IMG/VR virus record: IMGVR_UViG_3300012667_000067
Span: 1 to 29,165 of that record
Direction: 5' to 3' (one strand)
Length of the DNA: 29,165 bases
Source: a virus
Taxonomy: Duplodnaviria > Caudoviricetes
The position numbers and the translations under genes are program-made. Shown piece after piece: positions 16,407-24,504 of this stretch. The stretch's first letter is position 1. Every line of letters begins with the position of its first letter. A model generated the notes under the pieces. That model worked only from the letters and a program-made list of their open reading frames with translations. It did not search any database and was not told the DNA's origin.

Positions 16407-16721
16407 ATGAAGACGCTATTTGACGAACTAGAGACCGATCAATTTAAATGGTTTAAGGAGTATCACAAAGAGAATCCGCAAATCTATGAGTACTTTAAAA
16501 GATATACTTTTAAGTCAATAGAGCGCGGGTTTAAGAACTTATCCGCCGAGTTTATTTTTAATATTATTCGTTGGGAAACTCCGGTAAAAGCAAACGGAGA
16601 CGACTTTAAGGTTAACAATAACGCCAAGCCTTTTTACTCCCGTTTATTTATGAAGGAGCATCCCCAATACGAGGGATTCTTTAGAAAAAGATCGAGTAAG
16701 GCCGACGAAGTTTATATTTAA
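16407..16721 (+). CDS. Phage hypothetical protein
   Basis: 104 aa with NPQIY..IRWE..FKVNNN..FF motifs; AACGTTATG start. Confidence 0.7.
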   Translation: MKTLFDELETDQFKWFKEYHKENPQIYEYFKRYTFKSIERGFKNLSAEFIFNIIRWETPVKANGDDFKVNNNAKPFYSRLFMKEHPQYEGFFRKRSSKADEVYI

Positions 16722-16725
16722 TTAC

Positions 16726-16733
16726 TATATTTG
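16726..16733 (+). promoter_or_regulatory. Bacteroidota -7 element TATATTTG for the replication genes
   Basis: Exact TAnnTTTG, intergenic. Confidence 0.65.
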
Positions 16734-16738
16734 TTTAC

Positions 16739-16820
16739 GAGTGTTGCAGACTCTTTTAAAACTTCTTGGCCCAAGGTGGCGTAGGTACTGCAACGACCTA
16801 CAAAACTGCGGGCTATTTTT
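16739..16820 (+). promoter_or_regulatory. Structured 5' leader with two complementary loops (kissing loop/attenuator)
   Basis: GAGT[GTTGCAG]ACTC and GTAGGT[aCTGCAACg]ACCTAC; the second hairpin lies inside a TGGCCC/GGGCTA stem followed by T5. Confidence 0.6.
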
Positions 16821-16823
16821 ATT

Positions 16824-17531
16824 ATGGCAATATTTAGAAAAGTTCACGTCTCTTTTTGGAGGGACGAATTTATAGAGGGACTAACGCCGGAGCAGAAGTA
16901 TTTCTACTTATACCTGCTAACCAACGATAGGACTACCCAATGCGGGATCTACGAAATTACGATCCGACAAATGTGTTTCGATACAGGTTATAACGACGAG
17001 ACAATCAAGAAGCTATTAGAATACTTTATAAGCAAAGGACGCTTAATGTATTCCGAGTCTACAAAAGAAATAGCTTTAAAGAATTGGTCCAAGTATAACG
17101 ACTCAAATAGTCCGAAGGTTAGGGCTTGTATCGATAAGGAGTTAATTAAGGTAAAAAATAGAGTATTGATAGAGTATCTATACAGTATCGATACACATAC
17201 GCAAGAAGAAGAAGAACAAGAAGAAGAAAAAGAAGAAGAACAATACATAAACATAGATTTTGAGTTTTTTTGGATAGAGTACGACAAAAAGGTAGGGGAT
17301 AAGCAAAAGTTAATAAAAAAATGGAATAATTTAACGGATGCCGAGCGCGAAAAAATAATGCAGTACTTACCTTCATATAAGCAGTCGGTTCCGGATAAGC
17401 AGTTCCGCAAAAACCCCGAAACATTTTTTAATAATAAATCTTGGAATGATGAAATCGTTAGCAGAATTAGTCCCGCAAACAGTAAGCAATCTTACGCCGA
17501 GCGTGAGTTCGAGAAGCTTAAAAACTTATGA
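16824..17531 (+). CDS. Replication initiator (replisome organizer/O-like)
   Basis: FW.D..L..E..YFYLYLLTN..GIYE winged-helix N-terminus, poly-E linker, FE.FW..Y.KK..P.TF.N...W.DE C-terminus; internal iterons. Confidence 0.8.
   Translation: MAIFRKVHVSFWRDEFIEGLTPEQKYFYLYLLTNDRTTQCGIYEITIRQMCFDTGYNDETIKKLLEYFISKGRLMYSESTKEIALKNWSKYNDSNSPKVRACIDKELIKVKNRVLIEYLYSIDTHTQEEEEQEEEKEEEQYINIDFEFFWIEYDKKVGDKQKLIKKWNNLTDAEREKIMQYLPSYKQSVPDKQFRKNPETFFNNKSWNDEIVSRISPANSKQSYAEREFEKLKNL
17127..17243. repeat. Putative replication origin: 11-bp iterons plus a GAA tract
   Basis: AGTATTGATAG/AGTATCTATAC/AGTATCGATAC in tandem at 17162-17194, another copy at 17127, then a GAA-rich purine tract. Confidence 0.6.
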
Positions 17532-18180
17532 TCTACTAGAGAAGCACGAACTAAAAGTAGTAGACGCCTTAGAAACTATGGCTATAGGTAGATGCTCTAG
17601 GATTGAAGTTAAAGAACACTTAAAGACCTGCTTACATTTTAGCGGATGCACTATCCCAACGCCGGAAGAATTCGACTTTATGGTAAATTTTGTAATAGAT
17701 AACTATAAAAGATTTTGCATAAAGGAGTTAGGCTGCGCGTTTGAGTTATACGCTTTAAACAAACTAGACGTAGACAAATCTATTAAGTTTACTCCTAAAT
17801 TTGTGGGGGAAGTGCTAAGCGCCTACGAAAAGATAAGCGTTAAGGTCCGCAAAAGTATCGTAGTACAAGAGCCGGAGCCTCCGGTAATTGAAATAAGCGA
17901 CGACGAAATCTTAGACTATGTTATCGATTATTGGAAGACTTCGGTTAAAAAGAATTTTATTTTACTAAATGAAAAGGCTTTCGACATACTTTGGAAGAGA
18001 AAAATACTAAATTCGTCTATAGTAACTAAAGAAAAGGCGGACGCTATAAGAAATAAGGTTATCGCTATAGTTATGACTTCTCAAAGTAATTCAGCTAAAG
18101 AAAGCCTAAGTAGCGAAACTTTCGTTAGGACATTATGTAAAAAATATACTTTATCCCTTTATTTAGACAACCAATTATAA
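17446..18180 (+). CDS. Replication accessory protein, possible helicase loader
   Basis: Follows and overlaps the initiator by 86 nt; no Walker motif; function inferred from position only. Confidence 0.45.
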   Translation: MMKSLAELVPQTVSNLTPSVSSRSLKTYDLLEKHELKVVDALETMAIGRCSRIEVKEHLKTCLHFSGCTIPTPEEFDFMVNFVIDNYKRFCIKELGCAFELYALNKLDVDKSIKFTPKFVGEVLSAYEKISVKVRKSIVVQEPEPPVIEISDDEILDYVIDYWKTSVKKNFILLNEKAFDILWKRKILNSSIVTKEKADAIRNKVIAIVMTSQSNSAKESLSSETFVRTLCKKYTLSLYLDNQL

Positions 18181-18186
18181 ACTAAT

Positions 18187-18245
18187 ACCGCCTCGAGAAA
18201 TTAAATATTTTTAACAAGATAGTAATTACGGGAACTTGGGGCGGT
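18187..18245 (+). other. Intergenic long-loop RNA hairpin
   Basis: ACCGCCTCGAG pairs with CTTGGGGCGGT (two G-U pairs) around a 37-nt AT-rich loop. Confidence 0.55.
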
Positions 18246-18262
18246 TACTTTAAACTTAATTT

Positions 18263-18397
18263 ATGATTTATTCAAAATGCCCTGTATGTAAAAAAGGCAA
18301 TCCATTTGAAGTTTGTTGTGGGTATGAAAAATTAACAGGGGAAAAAGTATTTACCTTATTTGATATTATTAAAAGATTTTTTAAATTAAATAAATAA
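18263..18397 (+). CDS. 44-aa Cys-rich protein (not in ORF track)
   Basis: MIYSKCPVCKKGNPFEVCCGYEKLTGEKVFTLFDIIKRFFKLNK. Confidence 0.55.
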   Translation: MIYSKCPVCKKGNPFEVCCGYEKLTGEKVFTLFDIIKRFFKLNK

Positions 18398-18400
18398 CCT

Positions 18401-18532
18401 ATGAAACAATTAACTTTTATTTATGAATTGATAAAGTTTATACTTATTTCGGTTCCTTTAGCCTGTCTAATTTATCTAACCGCGTCTACCTACTTCGAGG
18501 TAAAACGAATTTTATATAAGAATAAGTTATAA
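18401..18532 (+). CDS. 43-aa single-TM protein (not in ORF track)
   Basis: MKQLTFIYELIKFILISVPLACLIYLTASTYFEVKRILYKNKL. Confidence 0.6.
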   Translation: MKQLTFIYELIKFILISVPLACLIYLTASTYFEVKRILYKNKL

Positions 18533-18540
18533 TTTTACGA

Positions 18541-18915
18541 ATGACATTAAAGCCGTTACCGAAACTACTAGAGCAGACTCAAAAGGTTTTTAACGCTTAT
18601 ATTCGAAATAGGGACCAAGGGAAGGCCTGTATATCCTGCGGATCTAACCAAGCTAACCAAGCCGGACACTACTTCCCCGTTAAGGGATTTTCGGTCCTCC
18701 GGTTTAACGAGTATAACGTTAACTTACAATGCGCCGCCTGCAATATGTATAAACACGGTAACCAAGCTATGTATAGAATAGGCTTAGTTCAAAGGATCGG
18801 GGAAGAGCAAGTAGTTAACCTAGAACGAATCGCAGTTAACGAAAGGATTAAGAAATGGACTAGGCCCGAACTTTACGAACTAATAAACACTTATAAAAAT
18901 GGCAAAAGCGACTAA
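18541..18915 (+). CDS. ninG: NinG/Rap-family HNH-like endonuclease
   Basis: FNAYIR.RD...CISCG..AGHY..LRFNE.N...QC..CN....GN...YR..L. Confidence 0.85.
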   Translation: MTLKPLPKLLEQTQKVFNAYIRNRDQGKACISCGSNQANQAGHYFPVKGFSVLRFNEYNVNLQCAACNMYKHGNQAMYRIGLVQRIGEEQVVNLERIAVNERIKKWTRPELYELINTYKNGKSD

Positions 18916-19018
18916 CTCGGGTAAAGTAAACTTCGGCCGCCGTAAAGGTGGTAAGGCTACAAAAACAAAAGGACCAAAACAAAAACCGACCAAGCCTTAC
19001 AAAGGGCAGGGCAAATAA
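18899..19018 (+). CDS. 39-aa highly basic peptide (not in ORF track)
   Basis: MAKATNSGKVNFGRRKGGKATKTKGPKQKPTKPYKGQGK. Confidence 0.65.
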   Translation: MAKATNSGKVNFGRRKGGKATKTKGPKQKPTKPYKGQGK

Positions 19019-19023
19019 AAGTT

Positions 19024-19455
19024 ATGAGAATAGAAGAAATAAGGCCTAACCCGTCTAACCCCCGCTACATTAAGGACGATAAGTTCAAGAAGCTAGTAGA
19101 CTCTATTAAGGCCTTCCCCCAAATGCTAGAGTTAAGACCGCTAGTTATCGACGAAAATAATATCGTCCTAGGTGGCAATATGCGTCTTAGGGCCTGTATC
19201 GAAGCAGGCCTTACGGACGTACCTGTAACCCAAGTAATGAACTTTACTAAGGAGCAGAAGGAAGAATTTATAATAAAGGATAACTCTTCTTATGGCGCTT
19301 GGGATTGGGACGTCCTAGCTAACGAATGGTCCGATATGCCGCTCGAAGATTGGGGGCTAGACCTACCTACAATGGACCGAGAAGAGGAGCCTAAACCCGA
19401 GAAAGATAATACCAAGGCAGGGAAGGAATGTCCTAACTGCGGATTTAATCTTTAA
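19024..19455 (+). CDS. ParB/Srx-like N-terminal domain protein with C-terminal CPNCG
   Basis: PNPSNPR..L..SI..RPLVID..LGGNMRLRA..IIKDN...G.WD. Confidence 0.85.
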   Translation: MRIEEIRPNPSNPRYIKDDKFKKLVDSIKAFPQMLELRPLVIDENNIVLGGNMRLRACIEAGLTDVPVTQVMNFTKEQKEEFIIKDNSSYGAWDWDVLANEWSDMPLEDWGLDLPTMDREEEPKPEKDNTKAGKECPNCGFNL

Positions 19456-19460
19456 CTTTG
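19453..19460 (+). promoter_or_regulatory. -7 element TAACTTTG before terS
   Basis: Exact TAnnTTTG, ending 4 nt before ATG 19465. Confidence 0.55.
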
Positions 19461-19464
19461 TAAT

Positions 19465-19824
19465 ATGGCAAATACTGACATACTAAAAAAGGCAATGATA
19501 GAGGCGCTAGAGAAAAGCCTCGGAATCGTAACTACGGCCTGTAAAATGGTCGATATATCTAGGGAGACTCATTACAGGTGGCTAAGAGAAGACGAGGCCT
19601 ACAAAGAGGCCGTAGACGCTATAGCGGACCTTACTCTAGATTTTGTAGAAAGCCAACTGCATAAACAAATCCAAAAGGGGGAAGTTACTTCGACGATCTT
19701 CTACCTTAAGACTAAGGGTAAGAAGCGCGGATTCATAGAGAAGCAAGAAATAGAACACTCCGGCAATATGCAAGTAAATTGGGTAGAGGAGAAAACTTAC
19801 GAGCCTAAAACAGGTTCTTTATAA
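19465..19824 (+). CDS. terS: Terminase small subunit (HTH type)
   Basis: G.VT.AC....ISR.T.Y.W...D HTH and IFYLKT.G..RG..EKQEIEHSG; upstream of terL. Confidence 0.75.
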   Translation: MANTDILKKAMIEALEKSLGIVTTACKMVDISRETHYRWLREDEAYKEAVDAIADLTLDFVESQLHKQIQKGEVTSTIFYLKTKGKKRGFIEKQEIEHSGNMQVNWVEEKTYEPKTGSL

Positions 19825-19842
19825 ACAATAAAAACTAACGTT

Positions 19843-20088
19843 ATGAATTTCGGACAAGCACTACAAGAATTAAAAAAGGGGAACAAAGCAGCCCGTTTAG
19901 GGTGGAATGGTAAAGGTATTTTTATCGAACTTCAAGTTCCGGATGAAAATAGCAAAATGACTAGCCCGTACATTTTTATAGATACTACAGGCTTACAAAC
20001 TAATAACGAAATGGCCCCTAAAAGCCGCGTACCTTGGTTAGCTTCTCAAACTGATATGTTAGCCGAAGATTGGGAAATATTAGCGTAA
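19843..20088 (+). CDS. DUF2829 / Tad2-like anti-defence sponge protein
   Basis: MNFGQAL..LK.G....R.GWNGKG.F...PWLASQTDMLAEDW family signature. Confidence 0.85.
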   Translation: MNFGQALQELKKGNKAARLGWNGKGIFIELQVPDENSKMTSPYIFIDTTGLQTNNEMAPKSRVPWLASQTDMLAEDWEILA

Positions 20089-20089
20089 T

Positions 20090-21400
20090 ATGAAGCTAAC
20101 AATAAAGCAAACTATAGCTTTAGATTATTTAGAGGACGATATTACTAGGGAGTTACTATTCGGTGGCGGAGCCGGCGGAGGTAAGACGGCGCTAGGATGT
20201 TATTTCCAAATTAAGCGCAGACTTAAGTATCCCGAAAGTAGAGGACTAATAGGAAGAGCGGTCCTTAAAACGCTAAAGGAGACTACCTTAGTTTCTTTTT
20301 TTCAAGTGGCAAAAATGCAGGGGCTTTATGCCGGCCAACACTACCGCTATAACGCCCAATCTAGCCAAATAGATTTTTTTAACGGATCGGTTATCCTGCT
20401 TAAGGATTTATTTCAATATCCAAGCGATCCCAACTTCGACGAATTAGGTTCCCTAGAAATTACCGACGCCTTTATAGACGAGGCTAACCAATGTACCGAC
20501 AAAGCTAGGAACGTAGTTAAGTCGCGTATTAGATTTATGCTAGACGATTACGGCCTAATACCTAAGAGTCTTTATACCTGTAACCCCGCTAAGAATTGGA
20601 CCTATTCGGACTTCTATAAACCGGATCGCGATAATGTATTAGATCCCGATAAAAAGTTCGTTCAATCCTTAGTAGACGATAACGTTAACGTCTCAAAGTA
20701 TTACAAAGAGAATTTATTAACTTTAGATAAAGAAAGTAAAGAGCGTCTTTTATTTGGTAATTGGGAATACCTTAGCGATCCTTCAAGTTTGATAGAATAT
20801 GACAAAATTATTAACTGTTTTAGTAACTCCTTTATTTCTAGTGGCGATCCTTTTATTACTTGCGACGTTGCTCGTTTCGGTAATGACAGTACAGTTATTG
20901 GCGTTTGGTTTGGGTTCCGTGTTAAGATTTTTCGCTATGCTAAGAAATCAATAGTAGAAGTATCGGACATAATCAAAAGCTTAATGTTAGAATATAAGGT
21001 CCCGTTATCTAACGTAGTGGTCGACGAGGACGGAGTCGGGGGAGGTGCGGTCGATATACTTAAGTGCAAAGGATTCGTAAATAATTCTAGCCCTTTAAAT
21101 AATCCGGTTACTCACGAAAAGGATAACTTCGATAACCTTAAAAGCCAATGTTATTTTAAATTAGCTGAAAAGGTAAATAACGACGAACTTTACATACAAT
21201 GCGACGATACACATAGGCAGCTAATAATAGAGGAACTAGAACAGGTTAAGCAGAAGTCGGTAGATAACGACGGCAAAAAGGGAATAATACCGAAGGACCG
21301 AGTTAAGCAATTAATAGGGAGGTCCCCCGATTTCTCCGATATGCTAGCTATGCGAATGTTCTTCGAGTTTAAGCCTAAATTTGTGGTCGGAGTTTGGTAA
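20090..21400 (+). CDS. terL: Terminase large subunit
   Basis: Walker A GGGAGGGKT, Walker B FIDEA, TCNP, nuclease DVARFGND..D..GVGGG..SPD..D. Confidence 0.95.
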   Translation: MKLTIKQTIALDYLEDDITRELLFGGGAGGGKTALGCYFQIKRRLKYPESRGLIGRAVLKTLKETTLVSFFQVAKMQGLYAGQHYRYNAQSSQIDFFNGSVILLKDLFQYPSDPNFDELGSLEITDAFIDEANQCTDKARNVVKSRIRFMLDDYGLIPKSLYTCNPAKNWTYSDFYKPDRDNVLDPDKKFVQSLVDDNVNVSKYYKENLLTLDKESKERLLFGNWEYLSDPSSLIEYDKIINCFSNSFISSGDPFITCDVARFGNDSTVIGVWFGFRVKIFRYAKKSIVEVSDIIKSLMLEYKVPLSNVVVDEDGVGGGAVDILKCKGFVNNSSPLNNPVTHEKDNFDNLKSQCYFKLAEKVNNDELYIQCDDTHRQLIIEELEQVKQKSVDNDGKKGIIPKDRVKQLIGRSPDFSDMLAMRMFFEFKPKFVVGVW

Positions 21401-21411
21401 TTAAAAAATGT

Positions 21412-21419
21412 TAACTTTG
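21412..21419 (+). promoter_or_regulatory. -7 element TAACTTTG before portal
   Basis: Exact TAnnTTTG, intergenic. Confidence 0.55.
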
Positions 21420-21435
21420 AACAAATATTAATAAT

Positions 21436-22824
21436 ATGGGTTTATTAGATTTTTTCTCTAGTAAGAAGAAAGTAAACACTCTAAATCCTATTCTGCCTAC
21501 GGCTTCGCAGGTGGCAATACAAAAGGGGATCGTTACTTGGCAGGGTGCAAATTCGCAGGAATACGTTAGACTTGGTTATCAAAGTAACGATATAGTCTAC
21601 TCTATCATTAAGTTAATTACTGATAAGGCTAAACTAGCGCCGCCACACGTTTACAAAGAAGTAGACGCAGTAGCCGCTAAGAGGTTTAAGTCCTTAATGA
21701 AGCAGCCCGACAAAATCACTAATTGGAAGGAAGTAAAAGAACTACATAGAAAAGCCTTTGAAATATACGACGGCGATAGCAGGTTAAACGAGTTAATTAA
21801 GTACCCTAACGAGGAGGACTGTTGGAGCGATTTCGTAGAAGAGTGGATCGGGTTTAAGCTTATAACAGGTAACGCCTTTATTTGGGCTAAAATGATCGAG
21901 GGCGGAAATAACCAAGGTAAGCCTTATCAATTAATCCCGCTTCCTTCTCAATATATGGCGGTAATTGCAGACGTAGAGTTATTCCCTCCTATTAAGGTGG
22001 GCTACCAATTATTCTACGGTAAGCTATGGAATTTCGATCCTAAAGAAATCCTACAAGACAAGTACTTCAATCCGGCTTGGAATGTAACCGGTAACCAACT
22101 ATACGGCCAATCGCCTTTAATGGCTGCGGCTAGAAACTTAACTAGATCCAACGAAGCTAAGACGGCGGCGGTTGCTTCCTTTCAAAATGGAGGACCTGCG
22201 GGCGTTTTATTTATGAAGGATCAAAGATTCGATCCAACTAGCGGACAGGCGCAGGCCCAAGCGTTAAAGACTGCAGTATCGCAAAAAGCGGGCGCAGAAA
22301 ACTTTAACTCTATCGCGGTTTCTGCTTATGAAGTAGACTATAAGACAATCGGTTTAAGCCCTGTCGAGTTAGATATTATCGAGTCCGAAAAGTGGGATAT
22401 GAAAGCCCTTTGTAATATCTACGGCGTACCTTCTCAATTATTAAACGACGCGGATAATAAGACTTACAATAACCAAATAGAAGGCGAAAAGGCTTTAACG
22501 CTTCGTTGCGCTATTCCTTTATTGGATGCGCTTTACGATAACTTAAATAGGAAGCTTCACTCCGATTGGGGTTATAGAGGTACTAATATCTACATAGGGT
22601 ACGATATACAAGTTTACCAAGAATTAGAAGCTAATAAGGTAGATCAAACTACTTGGCTAGATAAAGCTTGGTGGATTCCTCCTGCGCAGAAATTAGAAAT
22701 TATGGGTATTAAAGCTCCGGATTATATCGCTAAAGAAGAGTTAGAAAAACTATATATCCCTTCAAACTTGCAGCCGGTAGACGACTTCCAACCTTTGCAA
22801 TTACCTAACGACGAAAACTTATAA
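21436..22824 (+). CDS. Portal protein, HK97 family
   Basis: PN..GNAF..LYGQSPL..F.NG..P.GVL..CNIYGVPSQLL..TYNN. Confidence 0.95.
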   Translation: MGLLDFFSSKKKVNTLNPILPTASQVAIQKGIVTWQGANSQEYVRLGYQSNDIVYSIIKLITDKAKLAPPHVYKEVDAVAAKRFKSLMKQPDKITNWKEVKELHRKAFEIYDGDSRLNELIKYPNEEDCWSDFVEEWIGFKLITGNAFIWAKMIEGGNNQGKPYQLIPLPSQYMAVIADVELFPPIKVGYQLFYGKLWNFDPKEILQDKYFNPAWNVTGNQLYGQSPLMAAARNLTRSNEAKTAAVASFQNGGPAGVLFMKDQRFDPTSGQAQAQALKTAVSQKAGAENFNSIAVSAYEVDYKTIGLSPVELDIIESEKWDMKALCNIYGVPSQLLNDADNKTYNNQIEGEKALTLRCAIPLLDALYDNLNRKLHSDWGYRGTNIYIGYDIQVYQELEANKVDQTTWLDKAWWIPPAQKLEIMGIKAPDYIAKEELEKLYIPSNLQPVDDFQPLQLPNDENL

Positions 22825-22826
22825 CA

Positions 22827-23192
22827 ATGGCTACTTTTGTAGAATTCTTAAGCACACTTTTAGATAGTAAAGAACAGGCTATCGTTTGGCATAATCAAAC
22901 TAAAGGCTACGCAGAACATAAAGCCTTAGATTATTACCAAGACGAAATAGCGGATAAATTCGACGATCTTATCGAAAGCGTTAGCGGTATCTACGGAAGA
23001 CCGCAGAATTATTCAGTTAGTACGTTAAGTAACTATAAGGGAAGCGATCAAGTATTCGAATACTTTAAATCCCTTTATATGTACGTTCAAGAGAATAGAA
23101 AGACTATCTATCAAGACTCTTGGATTCAAAATCAAGTAGACGAAATAGCAGCATTAATAGCTAAAGTTCTTTACCTTTTAACTTTAAAATAA
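22827..23192 (+). CDS. Ferritin/Dps-like four-helix protein (DUF5856-like)
   Basis: WH.QT..YAEHKAL..Y.DEI....D.L.E...G.YGR..IQN.VDEI......LY.L. Confidence 0.7.
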   Translation: MATFVEFLSTLLDSKEQAIVWHNQTKGYAEHKALDYYQDEIADKFDDLIESVSGIYGRPQNYSVSTLSNYKGSDQVFEYFKSLYMYVQENRKTIYQDSWIQNQVDEIAALIAKVLYLLTLK

Positions 23193-23587
23193 TGGGAAAT
23201 CGTTTCGACAAAGTATTAAACTCTTTAGAAGAGTTGAAGCAAAAAATTAAAAAGACTACAGGATTAAATAAAGGAGGCGTTACTTACGCTATGGCTTTAG
23301 TATCCGAAGGTCAAGTCTCTAAGCCTAGTTCTTGGAATCCTCCAAGCGCAGAAGAGGAAAACGCTTATATCGAAAAGGAAGGAATGGCAGCTTTTGGTAA
23401 GTGGCACCTAGGCGTAGACGGTAACGTAGACGCAGAATTAAAAGGCCATTGGACCTATATCTATACAAGCGACTTTAAAACTGTAGATAGAGCGGCTTTA
23501 ACTGCAATTAGACAAAGAGCAGGACAACAAAAAGAAACGGCTATATTTGAGGCCGCAGGTAAATTAATAGAAAAATTAGACGCCTAA
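23192..23587 (+). CDS. Hypothetical head-module protein
   Basis: 131 aa, TAATG-coupled to the upstream gene. Confidence 0.55.
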   Translation: MGNRFDKVLNSLEELKQKIKKTTGLNKGGVTYAMALVSEGQVSKPSSWNPPSAEEENAYIEKEGMAAFGKWHLGVDGNVDAELKGHWTYIYTSDFKTVDRAALTAIRQRAGQQKETAIFEAAGKLIEKLDA

Positions 23588-23588
23588 A

Positions 23589-24464
23589 ATGATATGGCAG
23601 GACTATAAAAAGCTTTATTGGAACGCGTTAAGAGAATACTCCCCTAAGTTTAAAAAGGAGTTGCAACGCCAAGTAGATACTTACTGCGATACGTTAGACT
23701 TTAACGCTATTAGTCCCGAAGGGATTAAGAAGACGATAAAGAAACTTCATATCGCAATGGGTTCTAAAATGGCGTCTATATCTTATAACGACGTAAAGAA
23801 AGGCATTAAGTCCGGCCAAGGTCCTTTAGAAATAAAGTCCGCCTTAATGGATCTATGGTCTTATACTATCTTAACCTATCTAGAATTAAAAGGCCTAGAA
23901 GAGTTATCCGAAGAAATAACCGACACAACTAAGGAGCAAATAAAAAGATTCTTACTTAGGGCGCAGCAAAATAATTACACTATCCCCCAAACAATCGCAC
24001 TACTACGAGAATCCGGTATAACTGATTACCGCGCGGAACTTATCGCTAGAACGGAGACCGGAAGGGCCGCTAACGTAGGTTCCGTAGTAGGCGCGGTATC
24101 TACCGGACTCGTTACAGTTAAAGAATGGATCGCTACAAAAGATAACAGGACAAGACGTATCCCTAGGGACCAAACGGATCACTTAAATATGGACGGCGTG
24201 CAAGTACCTATAGATGCAACGTTTGAGGTAATGGGTAAAGGCTACATAGATTTAATGACTCACCCCTGCGACTCTACCGCTACTGCGGCTAACGTTTGTA
24301 ACTGTAGATGTACGCTAGGATATGAAGCGCAAAGGGATAACACGGGCCAACTAAAAACCTTAACTAACTACCCTCCGCAGGGAGACGTAGGCAGGATATG
24401 GAATATAATTAGGGACAATTCCGGAAGAGAAATTAGGACCTTAGTAAGGCAGGCTTTACAATAA
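23589..24464 (+). CDS. Head morphogenesis/minor capsid protein (Mu F / SPP1 gp7-like)
   Basis: RAELIARTET..K.W....D.RTR..H...DG..NCRC. Confidence 0.9.
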   Translation: MIWQDYKKLYWNALREYSPKFKKELQRQVDTYCDTLDFNAISPEGIKKTIKKLHIAMGSKMASISYNDVKKGIKSGQGPLEIKSALMDLWSYTILTYLELKGLEELSEEITDTTKEQIKRFLLRAQQNNYTIPQTIALLRESGITDYRAELIARTETGRAANVGSVVGAVSTGLVTVKEWIATKDNRTRRIPRDQTDHLNMDGVQVPIDATFEVMGKGYIDLMTHPCDSTATAANVCNCRCTLGYEAQRDNTGQLKTLTNYPPQGDVGRIWNIIRDNSGREIRTLVRQALQ

Positions 24465-24475
24465 AAAAAAATGCA

Positions 24476-24483
24476 TAACTTTG
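24476..24483 (+). promoter_or_regulatory. -7 element TAACTTTG before protease/capsid
   Basis: Exact TAnnTTTG, intergenic. Confidence 0.55.
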
Positions 24484-24504
24484 AAATAATATTAAAGGCT
24501 TAAT

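Noticed and set aside
19024-19455. ParB-like gene as a plasmid partition system
   Set aside because: No ParA and no HTH domain; such genes commonly sit next to terminase genes
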